Assembly (NCBI GenBank): GCA_025453395.1
Contig: JALOQK010000001.1
Span: 10,244-74,243, forward strand
DNA: 64,000 nt
Direction of reading: 5' to 3'
Origin: Candidatus Omnitrophota bacterium
GTDB lineage: Bacteria > Omnitrophota > Gorgyraeia > Gygaellales > Profunditerraquicolaceae
The notes beneath the pieces were generated by a model. The model did not search any database, was not told the DNA's origin, and saw only the letters and a list, made by a program, of their open reading frames with translations. The translations under genes and the position numbers were made by a program. Position 1 is the stretch's first letter. Every line of letters starts with the position of its first letter. Shown here piece by piece: positions 7,032-15,129 of the stretch.

Positions 7032-7406
7032 TTATTCACTTATCCTTTTTTGTATTTCACCTAAAAGATCATTTGGCTCATAAGGCTTGGCAATAAAAAA
7101 ATTACCTCCGGATTCCCTGCCGATATGCTCCTCGTCATTTTTCGTCACCAGGCAAGTCAGGAATATAACCGGAATATTCTTAGTTCCAGGATCCTGCTTT
7201 AATGCTGCCGCCACGTCCGCGCCGCTAATATCCGGCATCATAAGGTCCAAAAGGATTAAATCCGGTTTTTCTTTCTTGGCCAAGAATATAGCGTCCTCTC
7301 CATTATTGGCCTTTAGTACCGCATAGCCGGTTTTTGAAAGCCTTTGATCCAAAACTTTCAAGACATTCTGCTCGTCATCAACTACAAGTATTCTTTTCTG
7401 TGCCAT
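7032..7406 (-). CDS. single-domain response regulator (CheY-like)
   Basis: MAQKRILVVDDE...DLILLDLMMP...IFLT...KP; ATG at 7404-7406. Confidence 0.8.
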   Translation of the reverse strand: MAQKRILVVDDEQNVLKVLDQRLSKTGYAVLKANNGEDAIFLAKKEKPDLILLDLMMPDISGADVAAALKQDPGTKNIPVIFLTCLVTKNDEEHIGRESGGNFFIAKPYEPNDLLGEIQKRISE

Positions 7407-7422
7407 AAAATTATCCCCTTTC

Positions 7423-7791
7423 TTAACTAAGAAATTTTTTCGCCTTATTAACCAATCCTGCAGAATCAAACGGCTTAAGCAAGTAATCATCCGCCTTAAC
7501 CTGTTTTATCTTCTCATCAAGCTGATCCACGCTTGCGGTAAAAATTACCACCTTTATATTCTTTAACTTCTCATCGCTTTTAATTTGCTGACAAACATTG
7601 TACCCGTCTATTATAGGAAGGCGCAAATCCAGAAACATCATGTCTGGAGCAGTCTGCCGGACAAAATCCAAAGCCTGCTGGCCATTAATAGCGGTAAAAA
7701 CTTCGTAGCCGGCCATTTTCAAACGCACTATCGCTACCTTTAACACATCTGGCTCATCATCAACAACAAGTATCCTCTTAGGCATGGTCAT
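7423..7791 (-). CDS. single-domain response regulator (CheY-like)
   Basis: RILVVDDEPD...DMMFLDLRLP...VVIFTAS...LLKPFD. Confidence 0.8.
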   Translation of the reverse strand: MTMPKRILVVDDEPDVLKVAIVRLKMAGYEVFTAINGQQALDFVRQTAPDMMFLDLRLPIIDGYNVCQQIKSDEKLKNIKVVIFTASVDQLDEKIKQVKADDYLLKPFDSAGLVNKAKKFLS

Positions 7792-10553
7792 ACCCTCCGC
7801 TCTACAATAGGCAACAAGAAAGAAAATGTTGCGCCCTGTCCATATGTTGACTCTACCCAGATTTTCCCTCTATGGATCTCAATTATTTTTTTAGCGATTG
7901 CCAAACCTAGCCCCGTTCCGCCAACCTTACGCTCATTGGGAGATTCAAGCTGGCTGAACATTTGAAATAATCTATCTTTGTCTTCTTCTTTTATCCCCGG
8001 GCCGGTATCGCGCACAGATACTATCTCAACATTGCCATGCCTGCCGGTACAAACAGTGATCCCCCCTTGTTGGGTGAACTTCAAAGCGTTATTCATCAGA
8101 TTAGTCAATACCTGAATAATTTTATCCCGGTCAATTTTTATATCCGGCAGAGCTTCTTCCAAACTCATCTCTAAAGTCAAATTCTTAGCTTCTATTAAAG
8201 GCCGCATAGCCTGAACAACTTCTGATACAAGAGAATTAAGGTTTCCCTCTTTGATCTTAAAGACCATCGCCCCGGCGTCTAATTTCTGAAAATCCAATAC
8301 CTCATTAATAAGCCGCGCTAATCTGTCCATATTTTTACGGGCAATATCCAAGAATTCTTTCTGCTCGTCGTTAAGAGGCCCCAGCGTTAGATCCTGCACA
8401 AGCGCGATGCCTTCCTTTATCGCGGTCAAGGGAGTCCTTAACTCATGCGAAACAACTGAAATGAAATCCGACTTTACATGCAAAGCCTTTTCAAGGTCCT
8501 GGCTGTATTTCTCCATTTTATCCTTAGCCTCTGTTAGGTCTTCAAGGATATTAAGGGTGGCTTCCTGGACACGGCTTAGTTCTTTGGTGCGCTCTTCAAC
8601 TTTCTCCTCGAGATGTCTTGAGAAATCCTCTATTCTGTGTTTAGCAACAATAAGCGCGTCCTGCTGCTTTTTAAGCTGAACAATCATTTCCCTGAAGGCT
8701 TCTGCGAATTGTTCAATTTCATCTCCGGTCTTAATGTCTATCGGATAATCCCATTCTCCGGCGATGATCCTCTCTGCGGCTATATTCAGCTTCCTGATCG
8801 GCACAGAGAACCGCATCCCGATTTTTAAACTCAAGAATATTGCGATAGAGATTACAACAAGCATAAGCAATACCATCCCGATTATCAAATTTCCTAATGA
8901 AGCAAATAATTCTTCAATATCCTGCAAAACGCAGACATACCAAATTACTCCGTTTTTACGCAAGATCTGATTGTCTATCCTGTAAATGGAATTGAAAGAG
9001 CCGCGGCGTTTGCCAGTATCTTCTATCCTCCCGGACATCAAATCACTTCTACTTAAAGCCTTAAGTATGTCCTTTTCGCTAAACAACTGCGCGCTAAAAG
9101 GTTTTATATTTTCATGAAAGATTACGTTTCCTTTTCCATCAACTAAAGCCGCATGCCCGGTTATCCCAGCGCGATATTTCTTAAGTGGAGAGAAAAACAG
9201 CCCTATCTCAATATATTCTTTAGCCGCTCCAAGAGCCTGCCCTGCCTGATCAAAGACCGGCAAAGCTATAGGAATACTCAAGGCGTTGCTTGACTGATCC
9301 ATCTCGATATCACCGACAAAAATATCACCTTTACCTTGTGAATAGGCCTTCTGCCACCATAGCTCATCCGCCTGATAAAAATCAGTTGTTTTACGAGAGG
9401 CAGCAACCAATCCACCATAACGGTCTGTCAGAAATATCTCGGCCACTTCCCTATCCACATCTGCCAACTCTTTCAAGTCTAAACTTACCGGACTTTCCAA
9501 AAGACTCAATAATTCAGGCGCATCAGAAGCCCATAAAACATCTTTTTTGAGCATGTCTTCTACAATAGCTTCCGAAGCAACAGAAGAATATTGGGCATTC
9601 TGCTCAATAACCGCCTGCCTCCACCGGTTCTTTCCCAAATGTACCTGAAACTCATATATCTTGTTGTCGATCATATGGCCTATGGAATAAGAAAGCGCCT
9701 TGGCAACTTCTAACTGTTTACTTTTAATATCTCTAACCATAAATTGATACATCCACGAAATAATGATCACGCAAGTCAACAAAACAGAAATAACCGCCAC
9801 CGAAGAAAAAACAATAGAGAACCTTCCGGTAATACCGCGGCGTATCTCTATGCGCTTTTTATCTCCATAAAAATAAACTCCAGTTAAGAAAAAGAAACTT
9901 AAGGCCAGGATGATCGCGCAAATCATCCGGTAAAACTGGACAGGCACTCCAGTTAAATCATTAAAATTAGGATAATTGATAAAAGAGGCAAAAATAAAAT
10001 CTGCTTTGGGCACAACAATTCCGCTTAATACCCCATAAGCAAAGAAAGTTACGGAAGCAACCCACGTAGAAACTAAAACAGGCCTGGGGACTTGCTTCAT
10101 ATCTGCTTGAGAGTAAATAGAATATAGCCCTATGGCAGTCATCCATGTACCGGGCAGACAAAGGAAATAACGCGCGATTATTCCGGAAATAAGAAAGTCT
10201 TTTGTTAAAAAATACCCGAATAGCCATACAGCTACTACCGGCACCCATAGGTATTTCAAATATCTTAAATTATTATTTGCTTTGAAAATGACCCGAACCC
10301 CGAAAATAACCAAAAAAATAAAAGATAATGGAAGAAGAATTGCCCCCACAGTTTTAAGAATTGCCACATCAAACGGCTTGCCTATTAATATCAAAAGGTC
10401 AACCCACTCATTTATCCCGTGGATGAACCCGAATACTCCGATCATCCATAAATTATCGGATAAACCAAACAGGTCATTTTTCTTGGGCATCAACGAGATA
10501 ACAAGGCCCATCAGTAAAAATGCCAAACCGTAAAAGAAAAAGATTACAAGCAT
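7788..10553 (-). CDS. sensor histidine kinase: N-terminal ~8-TM domain, extracytoplasmic sensor region, HAMP, HisKA, HATPase_c
   Basis: 921 aa. H-box SHELRTPLTAI; N-box NLMNNALKFT; G1 DTGPGI; G2 GGTGLGLAI. A HAMP-like segment follows the last TM. No receiver domain. Confidence 0.85.
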   Translation of the reverse strand: MLVIFFFYGLAFLLMGLVISLMPKKNDLFGLSDNLWMIGVFGFIHGINEWVDLLILIGKPFDVAILKTVGAILLPLSFIFLVIFGVRVIFKANNNLRYLKYLWVPVVAVWLFGYFLTKDFLISGIIARYFLCLPGTWMTAIGLYSIYSQADMKQVPRPVLVSTWVASVTFFAYGVLSGIVVPKADFIFASFINYPNFNDLTGVPVQFYRMICAIILALSFFFLTGVYFYGDKKRIEIRRGITGRFSIVFSSVAVISVLLTCVIIISWMYQFMVRDIKSKQLEVAKALSYSIGHMIDNKIYEFQVHLGKNRWRQAVIEQNAQYSSVASEAIVEDMLKKDVLWASDAPELLSLLESPVSLDLKELADVDREVAEIFLTDRYGGLVAASRKTTDFYQADELWWQKAYSQGKGDIFVGDIEMDQSSNALSIPIALPVFDQAGQALGAAKEYIEIGLFFSPLKKYRAGITGHAALVDGKGNVIFHENIKPFSAQLFSEKDILKALSRSDLMSGRIEDTGKRRGSFNSIYRIDNQILRKNGVIWYVCVLQDIEELFASLGNLIIGMVLLMLVVISIAIFLSLKIGMRFSVPIRKLNIAAERIIAGEWDYPIDIKTGDEIEQFAEAFREMIVQLKKQQDALIVAKHRIEDFSRHLEEKVEERTKELSRVQEATLNILEDLTEAKDKMEKYSQDLEKALHVKSDFISVVSHELRTPLTAIKEGIALVQDLTLGPLNDEQKEFLDIARKNMDRLARLINEVLDFQKLDAGAMVFKIKEGNLNSLVSEVVQAMRPLIEAKNLTLEMSLEEALPDIKIDRDKIIQVLTNLMNNALKFTQQGGITVCTGRHGNVEIVSVRDTGPGIKEEDKDRLFQMFSQLESPNERKVGGTGLGLAIAKKIIEIHRGKIWVESTYGQGATFSFLLPIVERRV

Positions 10554-10560
10554 TTATCCA

Positions 10561-11085
10561 CTACCTTTGTTTTAACTGTGATTCTAGTTGGACAATTTGA
10601 GCTTTAAGTTCTTTCATCTTCAATTCCCTGTCCACGGTAATCCTTTGAAAACGCTCTAAGGCCTCTATCCTTTTGTGTAGCTCATCCTCTATTTTCTTGC
10701 GCTCGCTTATATCCTTAGCAACGTGCACAACTCCAGCATATTCATTATTTTCATCAAAAATGGGAGATGTAGTCACTAGCAGAGGAAAACCTATTGCCGG
10801 GTCATTAACTTCTTCTACATGCGCAAAATGATCAGCGTTAGTTTTCTCTAAGGGACATAAATGCCAAGGGCTATTAGATTTATGCATCACTTCGAAGCAT
10901 TTCATTCCTACAATCTGATCATAAGTTTTCTGCAAAAGATCCAAAGCCGCTTTATTGGCCTTGACTATTGTATGGTTCTTATCAATTATTAAGATCGTGT
11001 CTGAAATAGCGTTAAAGGTCCTGTCCCATGCGTCATGGCTTTTTCTTAAACGATCTTCCAATCCCCTGCGCTCTAGGTCATCCAT
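10561..11085 (-). CDS. PAS-domain protein with C-terminal coiled coil
   Basis: 174 aa; PAS fold pattern (FNAISDTILIIDKNHTIVKANKAAL...AGVVHVAKDISERK). Conserved Cys/His residues (CFEVMH...HLCP) may bind a cofactor. Confidence 0.6.
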   Translation of the reverse strand: MDDLERRGLEDRLRKSHDAWDRTFNAISDTILIIDKNHTIVKANKAALDLLQKTYDQIVGMKCFEVMHKSNSPWHLCPLEKTNADHFAHVEEVNDPAIGFPLLVTTSPIFDENNEYAGVVHVAKDISERKKIEDELHKRIEALERFQRITVDRELKMKELKAQIVQLESQLKQR

Positions 11086-11086
11086 C

Positions 11087-13195
11087 TTATGCCTCTTTCC
11101 TTCTTAAAAGCATCTTTACACGCGCCAAGATTTTATCCGCATCAAAAGGCTTAGTAATATAATCATCTGCTCCGAAATCAAGCCCGGCGATTTCGCTTTC
11201 CTTATCCTGGCGCGCGGTCAAAATTATTACTGGAACAGAAGCAGTCTGAAGACTGGAACGCAATTTCTTCACCGCTTCAAAACCGTTTACCTTAGGCATT
11301 GTTACATCAGAAATAATTAAATCCGGCTTTTGCTTGTACGCTAACTCCACAAGCTCGCCCCCGTCGCGAGCCATGTCCACTTCGTATCCGGCAGCCAAGA
11401 GCCTTCTTTGCAAGACCTGCAAAATATCTTCTTCATCATCAGCAATCAAAATCTTAAAGACCTGCCCGGTTTTCTTGGATTTCTGCGACAACTGCTCCTC
11501 TTGGCTTATTCCGACTACCTTGATTACTTCTTCTAAAGTCGTAACCCCATCAGCTACTTTCTGCATCCCGGATTTTAACAAAGGCACCATACCGCTATTT
11601 TTTGCCTCCTGAAACAGGCTGTCCTCATTGACTTTCTGACTTATTAACTGTTTTAACCTATCATTGATAATAACTAACTCAAATATTCCGGTGCGGCCCA
11701 AATAACCGGAAAAAGCGCATTTTTCACATCCCTTGCCCCTATAAAATTTCGTGATGTTTAATTCCTGAATATAAGGCATTAATTTTTCCTTGATATCAGC
11801 AAGCGGCGCATCTTCGGTTTTACAATGAGGACAGATAATCCTGATCAAACGCTGTGCGATGATTATATTTAACGATGAAGCTATGATATACGGCTGCAGG
11901 CCTATATCTAAAAGCCGGGTCACAGTAGCTATGGCGCTATTAGTGTGCACTGTAGAAAAAACCTGATGGCCGGTCAATGCCGAACGAAAGGCGATATCCG
12001 CGGTATCGCGGTCGCGGATCTCTCCGACCATAATCACATTAGGATCTTGGCGCAGGATATTCCTTAGTCCATTGGCAAAAGTGACATCCTTGGCAAGATT
12101 AACCTGCATTTGATTGACCCCGTCAATAAGGTACTCAATGGGATCTTCTATGGTAATAATATTCTTGGCCTCGGTCTTGACAAAATTCAAGGCCGCGTAA
12201 ATAGTCGTGGTCTTTCCAGAGCCTGTCGGCCCAGTGACTAAATTCATTCCTTGCGGTTTCTTAAGCGTTTCTTTTAACATCTGAACTTCTCTTGTGGAAA
12301 GCCCAATTTGATCTAAAGGTTTTCTTGCTTCCTGCGGATCCAATATCCTGATCGCGATAGACTCTCCGTAAAAAGCAGGCAAAATCGAAACCCTAAGATC
12401 GATCTGTCTATTACCTAAAGTAACCTTGATCCTACCGTCTTGGGGCTTGCGGCTCTCCGCAATATCAAGATGCGCGAGGATCTTGATCCTGGCAGATAAC
12501 GACAAATGAAAATTAATCGGGATCTCAAGTATATTCCTCAAGTCGCCATCCACGCGATAGCGAATAATAGAAATCTTTTCTTTAGGCTCTATGTGGATAT
12601 CTGAGGCGCGCGCCTTGATGGCGTCGGATAAAATAATATTAGCAAGTCTTATTGCCGGAGAATTCTCGTATTTTACAGACACATCAGAATAATCTTCAGG
12701 AACACTGTCCTGAATAAGCTGCAGCTGCTCGGATTCATGAAAATTTTTCAATATGTCATATACCGAATCATCCGAATTATAATGCGTGTCTATTAATTTT
12801 GTTATTTGACTTCTAGCAGCAAAAACAAGCTGCAATTTAACTGCGGGAACGGCCATTTTTATGTCATCGATAGCCAGCACATCCTGCGGGTCGCTTATTG
12901 CCAAGGCTAAATTATCATTTTCTTTGCGCAAAGGAAAAACCCCGTGCCTGCGGGCAATCGCATAGGGAAGAAGCTTTGTTGCGGCTGGATCGATTTTTTC
13001 CTGGGAAATATCTATTATCGGAAGCTTAAAAAATCTCGATGATGCGGCAAGGATATTTTCTTCGCTTATAAAACCCATCTCCACTAATAATTCCTGTATG
13101 GGTTTCTTAGCGCCGATCTGCTTGGTCTTAGCGTCGTTTAATTGACTAGCGGTGATAAGATTTTCGTTGAGCAAGAATTCCGCTAAATTGGGCAT
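11087..13195 (-). CDS. GspE/PilB-family secretion ATPase with GspE_N-like N-domain and fused C-terminal receiver domain
   Basis: 702 aa. N-terminal GspE_N-like region; Walker A GPTGSGKTTT; Asp/His boxes; tetracysteine CPHCK...CEKCAFSG. The last ~120 aa form a canonical receiver (ILIADDEED...LIISDVTMP...ILTARQD...KPFD). Confidence 0.8.
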   Translation of the reverse strand: MPNLAEFLLNENLITASQLNDAKTKQIGAKKPIQELLVEMGFISEENILAASSRFFKLPIIDISQEKIDPAATKLLPYAIARRHGVFPLRKENDNLALAISDPQDVLAIDDIKMAVPAVKLQLVFAARSQITKLIDTHYNSDDSVYDILKNFHESEQLQLIQDSVPEDYSDVSVKYENSPAIRLANIILSDAIKARASDIHIEPKEKISIIRYRVDGDLRNILEIPINFHLSLSARIKILAHLDIAESRKPQDGRIKVTLGNRQIDLRVSILPAFYGESIAIRILDPQEARKPLDQIGLSTREVQMLKETLKKPQGMNLVTGPTGSGKTTTIYAALNFVKTEAKNIITIEDPIEYLIDGVNQMQVNLAKDVTFANGLRNILRQDPNVIMVGEIRDRDTADIAFRSALTGHQVFSTVHTNSAIATVTRLLDIGLQPYIIASSLNIIIAQRLIRIICPHCKTEDAPLADIKEKLMPYIQELNITKFYRGKGCEKCAFSGYLGRTGIFELVIINDRLKQLISQKVNEDSLFQEAKNSGMVPLLKSGMQKVADGVTTLEEVIKVVGISQEEQLSQKSKKTGQVFKILIADDEEDILQVLQRRLLAAGYEVDMARDGGELVELAYKQKPDLIISDVTMPKVNGFEAVKKLRSSLQTASVPVIILTARQDKESEIAGLDFGADDYITKPFDADKILARVKMLLRRKEA

Positions 13196-13196
13196 A

Positions 13197-13571
13197 CTAT
13201 GCGGTATTTTTACCTAAAACTTCCCTTATAATGCCAAGAAGCGATTCCCAATCATAAGGTTTTTCAACATAAACCTCTGCGCCTTCTTGTTTGGCGATAT
13301 CCTTGTATTGCGGATCAGACATACCGGATAATATAACAACCGGGATACTCATCGTCTGCGAAGAGAGCTTAAGATTTTTTAAGACAGATATCCCACCGCC
13401 TGAAGGGATCATAAGGTCCAGAATGATCAAATCCGGCCTTTCTTTAATGCTGGAAGAAAGCCCTTGATAAGCATCCAAGGCTGCCAAAACTTGGAAGCCC
13501 GCAGCGTGCAGCCTTTTGGATAAAACAGCATTTACATCAACTTCATCTTCAATGATCAGGATTTTAGCCAT
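13197..13571 (-). CDS. single-domain response regulator (CheY-like)
   Basis: MAKILIIEDE...DLIILDLMIP...VVILSG...EKPYD; stop 2 nt before the GspE-receiver start. Confidence 0.8.
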   Translation of the reverse strand: MAKILIIEDEVDVNAVLSKRLHAAGFQVLAALDAYQGLSSSIKERPDLIILDLMIPSGGGISVLKNLKLSSQTMSIPVVILSGMSDPQYKDIAKQEGAEVYVEKPYDWESLLGIIREVLGKNTA

Positions 13572-13635
13572 ATAAATAAGGGTTATGTTTGTTTATCTAA
13601 TTATATCTTTTACAATAAGTTAAGCAATAAATATT

Positions 13636-14499
13636 TTACCTAGAAAATTTCCTCTTACGAACAACCCCACTAGCGCGTTTCTGCCACGGCGGCCTGTTGC
13701 TTGTTGTGCCTTCGCGCTTTACCCATGGCTTGCTTGCTGGAGCGCCTGCACTTTCGCTTCTTTGCCACGGCCTGCGCGCGCCCTCTTTCTTTTGCCACGG
13801 CTTAACCGGGCCTTCGCGTTTCTGCCAAAGGCCGGTTTTATCTTCGGATTTCTGCCAAGGCGGGCGGCTTGTTGCGCCTTCGCGTTTTTGCCACGGGGGC
13901 CTGTTGCTTGTTGTGCCTTCGCGTTTTTGCCACGGGGGCCTGTTGCTTGTTGTGCCTTCGCGTTTTTGCCACGGCCGCGCCTGTCCTTCAGGCGGCTTTT
14001 CTCCTCGATTTTTCTCCCACGGTTTAGAATATGGCGCCTTCTTGCGCCAACGCATGGGATTTTCTTTAAATTTCCTTTCGGGCATAGGTCCGGTAATTCC
14101 TGATTCGGCCCGGCGCATCATAAAACTGCGGGTGCGCCTGCCTTTCTTATATTCACCTGTTCTTTCAAAAGTAAACGCCTTAGGATGCAACTCTTTATGC
14201 TCTGGGCGTTGGTATTCGTGATGCGGCTTCTTTTCTTTCGGAACTTCTCTTTCCGGCTTCTTAGGCAATGCCGGCATGACATTTATGGCTCTTCCTAAAA
14301 TTTCTTTTCCGTTTAACGCCTCAATTGCCCTGCGCGCCTCTTCGTCGTCGGGCATCTCCACAAAACCAAATCCCCGCGAGTGCTTGCCTTTTTTGTCCAT
14401 CACAATCACAATGGAAGAAACTTTTCCATGCGCCATAAATTCCTGATAGACATCTGTCTCTTTCGCGTCAAATGATAAATTCCCTACAAAAATATTCAT
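13636..14499 (-). CDS. RRM-type RNA-binding protein with basic C-terminal tail of PWQKREG(TTSNR) tandem repeats
   Basis: N-terminal RNP-2 (IFVGNL) and RNP-1 (RGFGFVEM) motifs. The tail carries about 9 degenerate copies of R-P-P-W-Q-K-R-E-G-T-T-S-N. Confidence 0.75.
   Translation of the reverse strand: MNIFVGNLSFDAKETDVYQEFMAHGKVSSIVIVMDKKGKHSRGFGFVEMPDDEEARRAIEALNGKEILGRAINVMPALPKKPEREVPKEKKPHHEYQRPEHKELHPKAFTFERTGEYKKGRRTRSFMMRRAESGITGPMPERKFKENPMRWRKKAPYSKPWEKNRGEKPPEGQARPWQKREGTTSNRPPWQKREGTTSNRPPWQKREGATSRPPWQKSEDKTGLWQKREGPVKPWQKKEGARRPWQRSESAGAPASKPWVKREGTTSNRPPWQKRASGVVRKRKFSR
13877..13973. repeat. 39-bp exact tandem repeat (2.5 copies) inside the RRM gene tail
   Basis: ccttcgcgtttttgccacgggggcctgttgcttgttgtg occurs twice exactly and once partially. 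It encodes the PWQKREGTTSNRP units. Confidence 0.8.
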
Positions 14500-14568
14500 T
14501 TTATACCTGTCCTTTCAATATGCTGCCGCAGAAAGCGGCATACTTTGCCTTCAAATAGGCAAAGGTAC

Positions 14569-15126
14569 CTAAAAACAATTTAATATTCCCATAATCCCAA
14601 ACAATATAAAAATAACTGCACTTATCCACTTAATTGTCTTCTCCGGAATATGCTTGCGCATCACAACTCCGACGATAATACCAAAGGCATCTGCAATGAG
14701 CATGCCACATGTGGTGCCCATAAGAACACCAAGCATGTTCTGATATTTAATTGCCAAACTGATTGTGGCTAACTGCGTTTTATCCCCCATCTCTGCAAGG
14801 AAAAACGCGATTGCCACTGTGACAACCGGACCAAACTTACTTTTTTTCTTATCTTCGCCATGCAATTCATCGCCACGCAAAGTCCACAGGCCAAAGATAA
14901 TAAATGAAAAGGAAGCTAAAAAAGAAATAACCCCCATGGGGATAACAGTAGTTAAAAAACGCCCTGTTATTACCGCCAAGGAATGGTTGAGAATGGTGGC
15001 GATAAAGACCGCGAGTAATACTTTGCCAGCGTTATAGCGCGCGGCAAAGGCCATTGCCAAAAGCTGGGTTTTATCTCCGGTCTCAGCCAAAACCACAAAA
15101 ATCAAAGAACTTATAAAAGCTGTCAT
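14569..15126 (-). CDS. UPF0016/GDT1-family cation (Mn2+/Ca2+) transporter
   Basis: 185 aa, 6 TM, two E-x-G-D-K-T motifs (AETGDKTQL, AEMGDKTQL). Confidence 0.75.
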   Translation of the reverse strand: MTAFISSLIFVVLAETGDKTQLLAMAFAARYNAGKVLLAVFIATILNHSLAVITGRFLTTVIPMGVISFLASFSFIIFGLWTLRGDELHGEDKKKSKFGPVVTVAIAFFLAEMGDKTQLATISLAIKYQNMLGVLMGTTCGMLIADAFGIIVGVVMRKHIPEKTIKWISAVIFILFGIMGILNCF

Positions 15127-15129
15127 ATT

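Noticed and set aside
8407-10533. Several 60-90-aa plus-strand ORFs inside the sensor kinase gene
   Set aside because: All are antisense to a long, well-supported minus-strand CDS with clear HisKA/HATPase motifs.
13697-14221. Plus-strand ORFs (174 aa and 113 aa) antisense to the RRM gene
   Set aside because: They lie wholly inside the repetitive part of the minus-strand RRM gene. They are low-complexity translations of the repeat (FAFLPRGPVACCA...) and lack a credible start context.
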